Assembly: GCF_009914755.1 (NCBI RefSeq)
Contig: NC_060929.1
DNA length: 64,000 bases
DNA from: the human T2T-CHM13v2.0 reference genome, Homo sapiens
Reading direction: 5' to 3' (one strand)
Positions 27,146 to 43,094 of this stretch are shown here, one piece after another (within the stretch, counting starts at the first letter, position 1; each line of letters opens with the position of its first letter). Under the pieces are notes generated by a model that searched no databases, was not told the DNA's origin, and saw nothing but the letters and a program-made list of their open reading frames with translations. The position numbers and the translations under genes are program-made.

Positions 27146-29939
27146 AGATTTATGTATACACACACGCAGGCATATATACATATGCATGCATACATAGATA
27201 GGTAAATAAAATGTAGATTAAGATATTGCTGGTTTCTTCAAAATCCCCACAGTACCATGCCTAATATAATAGTTTACACATAAAATGTTAATAAATGTTT
27301 ATTTCTAGTTGCAATTATACCTACCTGCAGAACACCAACGAGATGCTAATGGGTAAGGGCAAATGTGCAGAAAGTTGATAGTTTGTGTGGTTATGCCAGC
27401 AATTTGCCAAGCTGGAGAACTACTTAACTGCATCATCTAAGATTTCATGCGTAGTGCAGAGGACCTGCCTAAATGGAGGCAAATGATTGGGCAGTTTGTT
27501 TCAGTCCTTCTAGCCCTTGATGAATAGTTTTTCACAGAACGACACATAATAGATATCATATGTAGAAGTGAAATGTTTGCTTATCAGTAGCTATTCCATA
27601 TACACATTTCAGATGTGAGTTTATGTTAAATGCATTTCATGTAAACATAGACATTTATCTCCATAAATGTTTCCTTATATAGTTTTTGTTGCCATTCATT
27701 CAGTCACCACCGTTACTCTTTTCCAAACTCCCAATTTTCCAGTAGTGCTTCATCTATAATCACAGGCACCAAACTGGTATAGCTACATCAAAGTTGAATA
27801 GAGGGTAACAACAAGGACATGCGAATGAACATTAAGTAATTCCCTTAATAGTTGAAATCATCTGGGTTGGATCTTGTGCATGTTCAGATTTTCCATGACA
27901 GCTTTTTCTGTTTTTCCTCCAGAGCCACATGTCCCATGTTTAAAAAATACTGTAATTTTATGGGGTTTTAAAAAATCATTTTGCCAAAAACTATCCTTTT
28001 AAAAGGGGTCATAACAGAAGTCAAATATGTATTCTGAGACTCTGCTTGTGACATAATAGATTTAAGACTGTGTTTGCAATGCTTGACTGAATGTTCACAT
28101 TCATTTTGCACCTGAATTGGGCAAAAATGTGGGTAAACTTTCTTGTCCCAGGCTGAGCCTAAGGTAAATTCCTGAATCAAATACTTTGAACAGTGCCTCC
28201 AGCAGCGCACTTGCAGGAGCCCACATGCATGGGGGATGGGGATACTTTCTAAGAAATAATTTAGTCTAAGGGGAGAATAGCACAACCTTGGCCTTGGAGA
28301 AGCCTGGTTCTTTAAGCAGTGGCAGCTATCTGCCAGTTGCTCCGTGAAATCATGTCTAAGTCCTAGGAAGAGAAGACACTGGGTGTCAAAACTCCGGGAG
28401 ACACAGGGGCAAAGCCATATTGTGTGGGAAGGCAATGTTTCCACCTCACCACAGCAGAAACCCTGCCACCTCCTAAACCTCAGCACATCAGCGTCAGTGG
28501 AAATAGAAGTATCCAGTGGGAGTGGTAGCAGCACCTGTGGTGGGAGCAGCTCCAGCAGAGGCCGTGGTGCATAGGGAGGTGGTGGAGGCAGCCTAACTCA
28601 GCAGACACCAGTGTGCGCAGTGGTGGGGATGTGTCTTTGGGCTCTGGAGACAGTGGCAAGTTACCTTTATACTGCTTAGCAGTCTTGGCAGGGATGTCAA
28701 CCACAGAGCCAGAGTGGTAGAAGAGAAAAAGTTGTTTAAATATATATATTCATTTGAAAAGTGTCCATGATGTATAACATGTTTGTGAAAGTTTATTCGG
28801 GGACAGAGAGAGAAAAGACCATGATGAATCTTTGAAGATGTTTACCAAACGTTTAACAATTTCTGCTTTATTCGTTCTTTTTCAAAAAGTACTTATTGAA
28901 ATTATTGTCTCAAATGAGATACAACCTGAACCTCTACACGTAGTTTAGGTAATTAAATGCATCGCAAATACTGTATTGAGTGTTTTCAAAGAAAATATTA
29001 ATTGCGCATGACAAGTCAAGTACATGACTTTCAATTTCTTCATGAGTAAAAACAGATTTTATTCACCAAATAGCTATTAAAGACATCTTAACTGATTGCA
29101 AATTTTAAAGAGAAGATTTTTACTGTTGTTATAGATTATCAGACTATGGGGCTGAGTATCCTACCAAGGGCAAGGAGAGGTGGCATCATTTATGATGAAA
29201 ATGGAAGAAAAAGTGAAAACAAGGAGTAGAAATCTTACAAAGATGGAGACAAGACAAAGAAGAGGATTGCTGAATAGAGTTCTTAAAAACATGAATCAAT
29301 TAGCCAAGCTTAGTCCTCTAAAGAGATGCTGCTTATCTGAGTTACCACAACTAGTGATAGCCTATATTCTCATGATCTGACCACCAACTGTTTGTCACTA
29401 AGGACTAGTGAAAATCCTTAACCAACTGCATTCTGCTTCACTAGACAGAGGATGTAAACTGGTAACGTGAATGAAATGTGCTGAAGGTTAGGATAGAGGG
29501 GTGCACAGGACTTGGAAAGATAAAAGGGAAGGGCACTATTCAAACTAGGAGTTCAGGGAAAGCCCTCAGAGATAAAGCTTGCATCTTACAGGAGAAGTCA
29601 CGTGTACTCAGGCAAACAGAGGTAGGAAGGGTATTCTAACTAGAACTAGCAAGAGCAAAGGCACAGCAGCATGGAATCATGTGGCGAGTGTGTGCGTGTG
29701 TGCATGCATGTGTGTGCTGGGGTGAGGCAGAAGGTAGTACAATAGTGCAGCCATTACAATCAATAAGGGGCAATTAGTGTGAGAGCTCAAGATAAAGGGA
29801 GCAGAATACTGGAGTAAACTGATGCCGCTGATGCCAAAAACAGATGCTAGAAGACTAACAAAGAGGAGAAAAACTACATATTTGGTTTGACTGTATAATG
29901 TCAATTAAAGTCATGCAAGTGACCCACTATTTAATTGTA

Positions 29940-30353
<414 letters not shown>

Positions 30354-30859
30354 TAATCACTTAATTTGATGCTATGTAATATATCACATATATTACATAT
30401 AAAAACACATATAATCACTAAATTTGTCAAGTTAACTTTATTGTAAATTTGATTGAAATGCCACAATCAGCACCATACTTGCAGGCCAGTATTAGTTATT
30501 TTAATTAGTTAAGTGGCATTATTGCCTACTCAGGCATCAAAATTATTTTCTCAGTTTAAACACTTACATGGACTATTACACGTTATAATGCCTTTTGTCT
30601 TGCATGATTAATGTTTTCGTATTGTTTCTTTTTCGTGAGCAGAGGCAGTCTGCTAGTTGAGAAGTCAAAAGGCCTGTCTCGCACCTATGCTCTGTCCCAA
30701 GTAGCTGTGAGGCTATGCCTTTGTTTTCTCATTTCTCATAGGTAGGCTTTGGGATGAACGCTCCCTGGCTGCCCTTCAGGGGTGGCACAGTTTGTTGACA
30801 GAAGGGTGGAACCAGGACCCAGGACTCAGGACCCAGGACCCGTGGCTGGCAGCTCTGAC

Positions 30860-31357
<498 letters not shown>

Positions 31358-32724
31358 AAAGTAAAGTACTTTGCAATATCAGTGATAGTGCTGCCAGGCA
31401 ATTAAGGCCTGTTACCAAAGGCCGTGGGAGTCAAGTGATTTTGCCAGAGAGTCTTACTTTTTTTAGTTCCTTCCTGTTCTTTTAGATGAATGTTTTAGGG
31501 TTAATACATTAATATGTCTGTAATATATACAACAGTAATATTTAATATAGTATTAGTCATTCTACAAACTTACCAGCATACCATAACATTCAATAGTATT
31601 TCCAGGAGGCAAAAATGTCCTTTACTGTATCAGTTGAAGTGTGGTTTACCAAAAGGAAAAAGCAAAACCATATTTGCTTTAGGTAGCAAAATGGCAGGCC
31701 TTTATTAGGGTCTTTTGTGGTAGGAGCTACCGAAATAAATAAATGAATGAATAAAGAAAACACCACTTTCAGAATAGTGGTCACCGACTTACCCTTGAAC
31801 CATTTGAGTGGGGAGAAGTGAGACTGAATCAGGAAATTAAATTAAAAAGTAAATAATGGCAGGCCCTGATCCCGTCATCATTTCTCACCAGAACCAATAA
31901 GACTTTGAAAGGAGGACTCTGTGGAATTCATTTTTAAGTCTTGGGGAAACAATATGCAATTTAAATATCTGCACATAAAAATGTTGGGGGTGATTTGGGG
32001 GTTCAGGAGTTGTCAGACAGCACCGGGATCACAACCTCACTCCCCAGACCTTTACCTATTAAATGCAATTATATATGGTTGGCCCCGATGGTGACAATGC
32101 TATGATTGGCAGTTCCTGAAACTACCTATTTGAGGGAGAGTTTTCTTTTGGAAGTGGCGAACCAAGCTTGTCAGTATTTTTCAAAATTTATTTAGCTAGC
32201 AGGAGAAAATATATTGTGTTTGAGTTAGGCTATTAGTTTAGAGACTTTCACATTTAAAGCTCTCCTTTTTCAAGTAAAGGACAAGACCCAGAGAGGTGAA
32301 GGGACCTACTGGACCATCCCACCAGTCAGGAGTGGAGTGGAAAATTGAAATGCTAAGTCCAGCAGGTTGTTTCACTCTTTTCTTTCTTTCCATTTTTCTT
32401 TCCTTTCCTTTCCTCCCTCCTCCCTTCCCTTCTTTCTTTCTCATTCCACAAATATTTGGTCAGCTTCTCTGTTATAGAAGGCACTTTACTAACACTGTAG
32501 GAATACAAAGCCAAAAATAAGGCCCCCCAGGAAGCCTCCAATAGAGACAGTATGTAAGTAAACTACCCAAGGCAGGGTGAGATGAGCTCACTCCCCATGA
32601 CCTGAACAACCTACTGGGGAGCCTAAAAGAAAGATCGCTGGACAATGAGACTTCATGGGATAGAAAGCTTTTGAGAAGAGCCTGAAAATGTGGCAGAATT
32701 TTGAAAAATAAATAGGGCTGGGCA

Positions 32725-33359
32725 TGTCAGAGGCATTTGAACCAGAGCGACTCCATCTTGAATAGAGACTGGGTAAAATGAGGCTGAGACCTACTAGGGT
32801 GCATTTCCACAAGATTAGGCATTCTGAGTCACAGGGTGAGATAGAAGGTCAGCACAAGATACAGGTTACAAAGACTTTGCTTATAAAACAGCATGCAGTA
32901 AAGAAGCCAGCCAAAACCCACTAAAACCAAGATGCTGACAAGAGTCACCTCTGGTTGTCCTCACTGCTCATTATATGCTAATTATAATGCATTAGCATGC
33001 TAAAAGACACTCCCACCAGCACCCTGACAGTTTACAAATGCCATGGAAACATCAGGAAGTTACCTTATATGGTCGAAAAAGGGGAAGAACCCTCAGTTCT
33101 GGGAATTGTCCACTCCTTTCCCAGAAAAACTCATGAATAATCCACCCCTTATTTAGCATATAATCAAGAAGTAACAATAAGTATAAGCAGCTGAGAAGCT
33201 CATGTTGCTGCTCTGCCTATGGAATGGCCATTTTTTATTCCTTTACTTTCTTAATAAATTTGCTTTCACTTTACTCAGTGGACTTGCCCCGAATTCTTTC
33301 TTGTGTGAGATCCAAGAACCCTCTCTTGGGGTCTGGAATGGGACCCCTTTCTGGCAACA
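32725..33359 (+). mobile_element. MER41B solo LTR (ERV1)
   Basis: Starts tgtcagaggcatttgaaccagagcgactccatcttgaata and ends ggacccctttctggcaaca; 635 bp. Confidence 0.9.
33097..33126. promoter_or_regulatory. Tandem GAS (STAT) motifs in MER41B
   Basis: TTCTGGGAA (33097-33105) and TTCCCAGAA (33118-33126) both fit TTCnnnGAA; activity not shown. Confidence 0.65.
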
Positions 33360-34868
33360 GATGGGAAATGATCAAAAGTGTCCAAGCGTTAAAACAATGA
33401 GTCTTTCCAGTTTGGTGGGAGAATGGCAGCATGGTGTGAGATAGCAGGCTGGGTCCTTGTTGACAAAGGATTTGTGCTGGGCTGTGGAGTGTGTGTTTCA
33501 ATTGGTAGCCCCCAACAAGCCACTGAAGACTTCATCTGAGGACTGAAATGATTGCAGAGTTTGCTGATGGGAAAGGGGAGGCTGGGTGTCAGGTAAGCAG
33601 GATGGAGTGTAAGCAGAGATAATGTGGGAGTGAACTGGGGCACTGGTAATGGGAATGGAACCTGAAAGGAAGAGAACAATTTTTAAATTATTATGGAGAT
33701 AAAATCAACAGGACAGGCACCTTACTTAGATGAATGGGTGGAGAAAGAAGATGTAGGTTCTGGCATTAAGGATTGCAAGAGAACAGTCCCACATAGATGG
33801 ATTAAAATGATGAGTGATGAATGCCCTTGGAAAATGCTGCAAGAAGAGAGTTTCTGCAGCACAAAGCAGATGCCAGAGGAGTGAATAGCCGGCCACTGTA
33901 TTGATTTGGTTTTCTCCAGTGAAATTCAGTGACTCTTGACGGGAAATGCAGAATAGAGACCCAAGGGGTCCCTCAGGGTCAGGAATTAGGACAAGACTGG
34001 GGAAGAGACTAGAGAGGTAGACAGCACATTATTGAAAGAATTGACTTGGACTTCAGGCTGGATAGGGTTAGGAATGAAATCTGAGAGACTAAAAGGATAA
34101 GAATAGAAGAGTAGGGAGGGACCTAGGTGAGAGAAGGGTAGGCTCAGTAGGAATCAAGGAATGAGAAAGATGGAAGATAAAGAGGTGGCATCTGTGAGGA
34201 GGACTCCAGAGGTGGGGATTTCGACAGTGGAGACGTTTTGAGTGATGATAAGAACTAATGTGGGATTGGGTTGTTGGCCTGGGCAAGGACCAAAATTATG
34301 GATGTCAAGAAACTATGAGGCTGTGAGTTGATAAGAAATTCCTCCCCCTAAAAATATTAGAAAGTGTGTGAAAGGCATGTATGGAGTGTGTGTGTGTGTG
34401 TGTGTGCATGTGTGTTTTGGGAGGAGAATTGCTGTACTTATATCTCACATTGTTATTGCTGTCTTCTTAATTCTTTACAAATTGGGCCAACTTGGAACTT
34501 ACTCTTATTTTATATAACTCATGTGTTTTCTCATGACTTTCTTTTATATTTATTTGTTAATCCTGTTTCTGGGGAAACATCTACTGCAATGTGTTCTGCC
34601 AACTTATATTTTATATTTTTCTGAAATTAATCTTTGCTAGTTCTCCAAGGTTAACTTAAATACCTCACAACTGGCCTGAAATCTCCAATTTCATTTCTCT
34701 GGCTGAAACAGCAAAGAAGGAAGACAAGTAAGAGAGGCTTCACCTGGGAGGGGGTGAGGAAGAAGGCAGCAAACAGATTTTAAACTATGGTGGAGGCCAT
34801 TATTTCTGTCCTCAGCATTTGTAACCTATAGCAAACCCAGGGTTGGTTGGTTTTTGTCTGATTGGTTG

Positions 34869-35743
34869 TGTTAAAAGACAAAATTACAAATGAATCCAAA
34901 CTTACAAAAAATAAATTCAGTTTTGCAGATCTTAATTGGCTTTGTGATTCTAGAATCAGGCAGCAGTACAAGCCAAAAATGATTCCAAATACCCTGCCCC
35001 ACTACATGTGTGGTGTTAAAAACCTTAGACAAATTAAATTTAAAGGACTTCAATTGAGTAAAGAATGATTTGTGAATCGGACGGCCCGCGAACCAGAATG
35101 GGTTCCGAGAGACCCTGGTACTGCCTCTCGGTCAGAGAAGATTTATGGACTGAAAAAGGAAAGTGATGTACAGAACACGGAAGTGAGGTACAGAAACCTC
35201 CAGATTGGTTACAGCTTGGCATTTGCCTTATCTGAACAGGGTTTGAACAGTTGGCTGCCTCTGATTGGCTGAAACTTGATGAATGACACAGGAATAGGTT
35301 ACAGGCTGATTACACATCCAGTTAGATTACAGTTCACTGTGTACGAAGAAACCTTTAGGCCGAGCCTAAAATATGTAAGGAAGCAGCGTTAGGTTAAATT
35401 TACTTTAACTGTGGATTATATTTATCGTCAGAGAAAAGGAAATGATTTACAGAAAACTGAAGTGAGGACCAAAGATAGTTTGATCAGTTACCATTGGTTA
35501 CAGCTCAGGCATCTGTCTTATTTTAACGCAGTTTGAGTGGTTGGGCCCCTGTGATTGGCTGAACCTCGGCTGCTATGATTGGCTGAGACTCAGCTTTCTG
35601 TTACAAAAGCATACTCCTAAAATTGGTTTTCAGTCAGTTTACCTATAAATTAGGTTGCAGTTTACTATGTGTGGAGAAACCTTTCGGCCAAACCTAAATG
35701 ATGTATGGAGTCATCTTTAGGCCAAACTGAATTCGGTTTAACC
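34869..35743 (-). mobile_element. MER57-family ERV1 LTR (outer, interrupted)
   Basis: tgttaa...tttaac termini; homologous in motif order to the inner copy. Confidence 0.7.
35014..35410 (-). mobile_element. MER57-family ERV1 LTR (inner, nested)
   Basis: tgttaaa...tttaact flanked by a 4-bp TSD GTGG (35010-35013 / 35411-35414). Confidence 0.8.
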
Positions 35744-36529
35744 ATTGGTTGGGTTTTTTCCTCACTCACATGGTCCTGGGAGATAAGTCAGAAGGTGAAT
35801 GCAAAATTTTGTCTGGACAGGAATGTGAATTAAGAGGGGAACAAGAAAAACCAAGACAGACTTTATGTTTTCCTTTGGGCCTACAATGATAAAGTTCTGT
35901 ACTCAACTGCAGTTAGAGCCTTTTCTAATGTCCATGTGTGTAGAAAAAATAAGGACCGCTCTATGTCTCAAAGCCCCTTTTGAGATGGTATCAGGCCCTC
36001 TGCAGTAGTGATCCCCTCTTCCACCTTTCCAGTTTCCCAGTGAGCAAGAGTGGCGGAAACTCCAGGAAGGTAAATTAAACGAATAAACCCACTCATAAAA
36101 GAAAGTTTGCACCATTTTTTCTATCTTTGAAGCTCTATCCCATTCTAAATCCTCTGGGAAGATGTAATTGTAGGAGGGGAGTTGGAGTGACAGTTTGGTC
36201 CTACTCCCTTTTCTCTAAGCATCATCCTGGTAGAGCTAGAAGGATGAAGCTGATTTTTTGCTAGTGATCCAAAAGTAGTCCCCGTTGGGGGTGGCAAAAG
36301 CATTGCTGCAGGAGTGCTGGCCAAGTGTAGCGCTCATCTCCACCAGTGAGGCACTGCCTAAAAGCCAAGAGGCAAATTGACGACAGGTAGAAGTGGTTTC
36401 CAGTGAAAAGAACTTGGCAGGTGGAAAAAGTCAAAATCTGGGCCCTGGAACTTCCTGTTTGAAGGTTGTACTCTGGCTTTAACAACTAAAATCTTAACTG
36501 AATGCAAATAAAGAACATTAATTTTGTTT

Positions 36530-36821
<292 letters not shown>

Positions 36822-36916
36822 AAATTTTGTTCTTTCTTTGTAACATTCTGCAATTTTTAAGGGGAGAGGAATACTGGAGAAACTAATTGCTTCTAAAACA
36901 TGCAATAGAGCCATGA

Positions 36917-37191
<275 letters not shown>

Positions 37192-38564
37192 TAGTAATTA
37201 AATATCTTTCTATTTATCTTTCATAAGACCATGTTTCATCACCTATAAATGGGATTTGCTCTGGTCAGATAAATTTGTATAACTTAACCTTTGAAAGGTG
37301 GAGAAATGGACATTTTTTTAAAAACAGAAAACCTGTACTGGCTGTACTTACACACACACACACATACACACACACACAACTTTTCTTTCACCTGGAGACC
37401 ACCAAGATCGTACGGATGGTGAAGAGCTGGTCTGGTTTTTGTTTGGATTGGGTATTTTTTATTTTTAATATTTGTCTTCTGAGTCAGAAGTGGTTATCTC
37501 TTAAAAGAAAAATTTGATGGCTTGAAAGCTGGGTGTTTGTGCTTTCCTCTCTGAAATGTTAACATTTAAATAGCCTTCAGCGTGCTTCAAAGTTAGCACC
37601 CCACTAAGATAAATTAGTGACCTGCCCCCCACCCCACCCAACCCCCATGCACTCCTGCTATATTACCTCCCTGAGGAAGGCTGGGAGACCCCTCTGGCCT
37701 GAAATGGGTGATTCTATAGGAGACTAGGTCAATCTGGGTGGCATGAATGCTTTGCCAGGACAATGGTGGCTTTTCATGAAGATTTAGTCATCTGAAGAAT
37801 GCAGCAGCCTGTCCTTGAAAGGAACCTGCTTCTGTTGATATGTTTATGTGGTTTCCGGAGGTGGGGGGTTGGGGGGGCAGGGGCAGGAGTGGGGAGTGAT
37901 ATGTGTATTGCCTGGAAATTTACAAGTCAGTTTGAGCCTGATTTATTGAGACTTTATGAAAAGTTAAAAAAAAAGTCACCTATCCAGTTTCCTGACAATC
38001 CTAGGTTAAAGATTGATGAAAACAGGCTTTTCTGTTTCAAACACTGACCCTGATGGCTGACTCTACTGCTATCACAACATGTTTCATGGTAGTTTTGAAC
38101 ATCTTTTTCTAAAATCCAAACCTCTCTCTCCCTTTGTCTTGTCTGTCTGCTAATTTAGACAAGCTGCGTCGTATATTTTTGTCATTCTGGATATTTGTCG
38201 CTTGTGTCATCTATTCCAGCAGTGGTGGCAATGGGGCCAAGTTTGGTGTCTATTAACTTGCTTTATCAGCCACCATGGGAAGTTGGGGACGTGCCTGCAT
38301 TCCACCTTGCCAGTGCATGCTATGGAGGAGAAAATGTGAGTGGTTCTATGCACATCTATCCACATTGCCTGAAGTGCAATTCAACTTAGATGATCTCCCA
38401 GAAGGGTCTGCAGGGCACTATCTTTTCACATGGTGGCAACCCTTGTTTTTGCAACTCGAGAACAGAACAAATCAACCTGCCCTCTGGCCCAAACCTCCAG
38501 TGGACAACTCTCTCTACAGGAATCTGCAGGCACTACCATCCCAGGGCCTGGTATAAAGACAAAG

Positions 38565-38780
38565 GTTATTGGTAGTGGAGTTGAACGGAACTGGATGCAA
38601 CACATTTCAGTTCAACTGATCTCTTACCCTCTCTGAGTCTCACTTTTCTTGTCTGTAAAAGTAAGATTTATCCCTATTAAATGACGGCTTTAACTTTAAA
38701 TAAGATAGCAAAGTGACTCTCCTAGCATACTGCCTGGCCAAAAGTAGGTGCCAGATACATGTTAGTGAGATCAACATGTT
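38565..38780 (+). mobile_element. MIR
   Basis: ctctctgagtctcacttttcttgtctgtaaaa core. Confidence 0.55.
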
Positions 38781-40469
38781 GAACAAGAACAACTTGTAAT
38801 GTATTTAAGACTTTATTTTTACTTCCCATGGTGCCTTTGAACTCTGTCCTGGGGTCGTTCTGGCAACATTCCCTTGACCCAGATGAAAAATCAGGCAAGC
38901 CCATGACTTTTATGCTTTTTCCCAGGAAAGTGTCAGCGTTGACCCCCTTGAAGTCAAATAATCTTGAATCAGAAGACAGAATGCTTACACTGGTAATAAT
39001 AAATATTCTACGCTTGATCTAACAGCAAATCTCCCCTCCATCTTCAATGCCTCCCGGTGGTCCTGTGGTCACTGTGGCCTCTGCTTTCTTCTTACCCCAC
39101 TCACCAATGACTTGTTCTTTCCCCCTGCCAGGGTGATGGAGATAGGATGGGGTGGGGGAAAGAGATAAGGGGCACAGGAGATCCTAATCAAATTCTTGGG
39201 GCCTGGCAGATGGCTAAGGCTTTCCCTCATGGGTGCGCCTATGGGACCCTTGGTGGCTTCCAGTGGGGCTTCTTATTCCCTCAGCAACCTGGACCCAAGT
39301 GGTGCCATCTCTATTCTAAATCACTTTGTGTCTGCCTTCACTGGTCCCGGGCAGCTGCTGGTCCACGGTGGCTGGCAGTACACTTCCAGGCTCCTTCGCA
39401 TGAAGCCACCTTGCTTCCTCATGTCTCTCCACAGGCTTCCTCTCTGTCAAGGCCCACAGCTCCTCCAACAGCAGGGATGCATTGGGCTCTAGGAAGGGGG
39501 TCCAGGAAAGACCCTTAATGAGGTATTCCCCCTACCCCTTTGGAAAACAGAGAGAATTCAGAGCACAGATTTTTTTGTTTGTTTGTTTTGCAAAGATTTC
39601 CTCACAAAATTTTCTTCTCTCCATTCTCTGGTCCCTGTTTTATACTCTAGGTTCTCAGAGCCGTGTGTGTGTGTGTGTGCGTGTGTGTGTGTGTTTGGTG
39701 GTGGAGGACTCTGTCTCATATCTGCCTTGTTATCCTGATATTTATCATATTGACACCTCAGTCTAAATTGAGGCAGGAAATTTCCCCCCTCCCACATAAA
39801 CACATTGGCCATAATTTACCATAAAAGAAACTTTAATTGATGACAAAGCTGTAGCAGTGTGAGACGCTAGCAACGATTAAAAGCTGGTGCCCCTAGTGTA
39901 GACAAAGCTCATGTTTAGGGCAGCTGAAAAGATACTGGTATTTGATCTTTTAAAAGAACATCAAAGTCATGATGTTGAGAAAAAATTGGCGCTTTGTTGG
40001 GTTTCTTTTGATTTATAGTCTAGTGTTGTTTTTTATGTTGAATTTCATGAGTGTTGGGGGGGAGTAACACTGCATAGAACAGCTACTATTCTTATCAGGT
40101 CCTGAGCATCTGAGAAGGTTCCAGATTTCAGGGACATAATGGGGGAGGTTCTACTCTGAGAGGGGCTTGGTTCTGGCCAGCCACACCCTTCTGTACACAT
40201 CAGCCCTCTCGTGGGGTTTGCGTAGCTCGTGGGCTTTGGGCTCTGGACTCTGACTTGACTTGTGTGATCTGCCCTCTACTCTAGTGCTCACCCACCAGCC
40301 GTCAACCTGGAGAAGCCTAGGTGGGCACTACATACCCAAAAGCCTGCTTCCTTATGGAGGCCTGGGAAGGCCCTTCATGCAGCCAGCAAGCAGCATTTTC
40401 TCCCCCAGGCCCTACCCTTACACATCACTCCCTAGTTGTTTGATCACGGCCAAGCCATAAGAGGTCAAG

Positions 40470-40720
40470 GCTTGGAGGCACAATGTCCTGGGTTCAAGTC
40501 CTGATCCGACTGCATACTGGCTGTGTGACCTGCGGCATGCTACCCAACTTCCCTCAGCCTCCATTTTCTCATCTCTAAAATGAGAAGATTATAAAGAGCA
40601 TCAGCCATGTGGAGCTGGTGTGAGAATTCAATGAGGCAAGACCTGCGAGCAGTTAGCTAATTAGCTCAGTGCTTGCCACACAGTAAACACTGACAAATAA
40701 TGAGGTTTCATTAAGCTTAT
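40470..40720 (+). mobile_element. MIR
   Basis: cctgggttcaagtcctg...ggctgtgtgacct...ttctcatctctaaaatg. Confidence 0.75.
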
Positions 40721-40809
40721 TATTTTGTGAAAAAGGCAGTTCCCTGGCCCCACCTCAGGAGATTCTGATTCTGGAATCTGGTGAACTAGTTTGGAAGTGT
40801 TGTCAAAGC

Positions 40810-41000
40810 CCTGCTCTGCCAGGTACTAATAGTGAGTACCCAGGAAGGTTACCTCCCTGAGCCTCTGTTTCCTCCTCTGTAAAACAGGTATAATAATGGT
40901 GCTGCCTCATGACATGCTCTGCGAATTCCATGAGTTACCATATTCAAAGAGCTTAAAGCAACCCCTGGCACACAGTAAGCACTCAAGAAATGCTAGCTAT
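40810..41000 (+). mobile_element. MIR
   Basis: ctgagcctctgtttcctcctctgtaaaacagg...cctggcacacagtaagcactcaa. Confidence 0.75.
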
Positions 41001-41749
41001 GACTAAGTCTGCTCATTTGGGGGCAGTTACACTCTTAGCATGTCTTATAAACTCTTAACAAAAATTTGAATTCTTTAAAAAATTATCTTCATTAGCTAGT
41101 TAATTATTAAGTAACATATAGACCACAATTCTAAATATGAGCAATCCAAAATTTCAGAATTTTAATAATAATGAAATATTAAATAACTAGATGTTAAATG
41201 AAAATAACTATAAAACAATTTAAAAATCTAAAACAGAAAGTCCTGCTACATATATTAATAGTTCTCTGACTCTAATGTTGCTTTTCTTCTCATTTAAACT
41301 CTTTCATGGCTTTCAGTTAATAAAGTCTTTTCTTCGTTCCTCTCACTTTCCTTAAATTTGTAGCACCTGTAAGTTCATCGTTAAATATTTTTTAATGTTG
41401 TCTTTTAAGATTAGCTTTCACTAGATGTTCTAATTTAAAAATCATCATTTAAAATAAAAATTGAAGCTGATGGAAATTTTTCTTAATATTTTTGGTTGCA
41501 CTTGCCCACAAAAGAATCATAGAGGTTATCAAAGAGACTTCCACTTTAAAGGAACACTAAACAGGGCCTAAACAATTCAAATGCCTTGCTTCTCTTGCTC
41601 TTTATTTTGCATAATTCATAAACTCCCTATAAACCCCAGAATTAAGTCAAATTCAATTCACAATTGTTTGATGTTTGTACTTAGAATCAATCCATAGCCT
41701 GTGTTTAAAATGCCATGATCAGTAACAACAGTGAGTTTATGGATTCAAA

Positions 41750-42790
<1,041 letters not shown>

Positions 42791-43094
42791 GAATAGTTCT
42801 TAGTATGTAATAGGAACTCAAAACATGTTTAAAATGAATGAATAAATAATTCAGCTAACTTTCTTATGTAGGAATTTATTTGTTTCATCTGGCATTTCCT
42901 TATATTTGAGGAATCAAGAACAAGCTGAAATATTCATGTATATTGCAAAAGATCATGAACCTTGAAATAGAAACTATGGATAAATAGATATCATAAAGTC
43001 ATTTCTTTATGTGGCAAGAGCCACCAGTTATCCAATGCACCATCACATATAACAAGTGCTAAGAAGAGTGAGACTATTTTGACAAATATGGACG

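Larger units (their letters stand above)
32430..34330 (-). mobile_element. L2, split by MER41B
   Basis: L2 3'-end-like ctcattccacaaatatttg and a purine-rich L2 body (ggagataaaatcaacaggac). Confidence 0.5.

Noticed and set aside
27968-28534. Longest ORF in the window (188 aa, minus strand)
   Set aside because: No recognisable domain or homology; its length is compatible with chance in locally GC-richer DNA.
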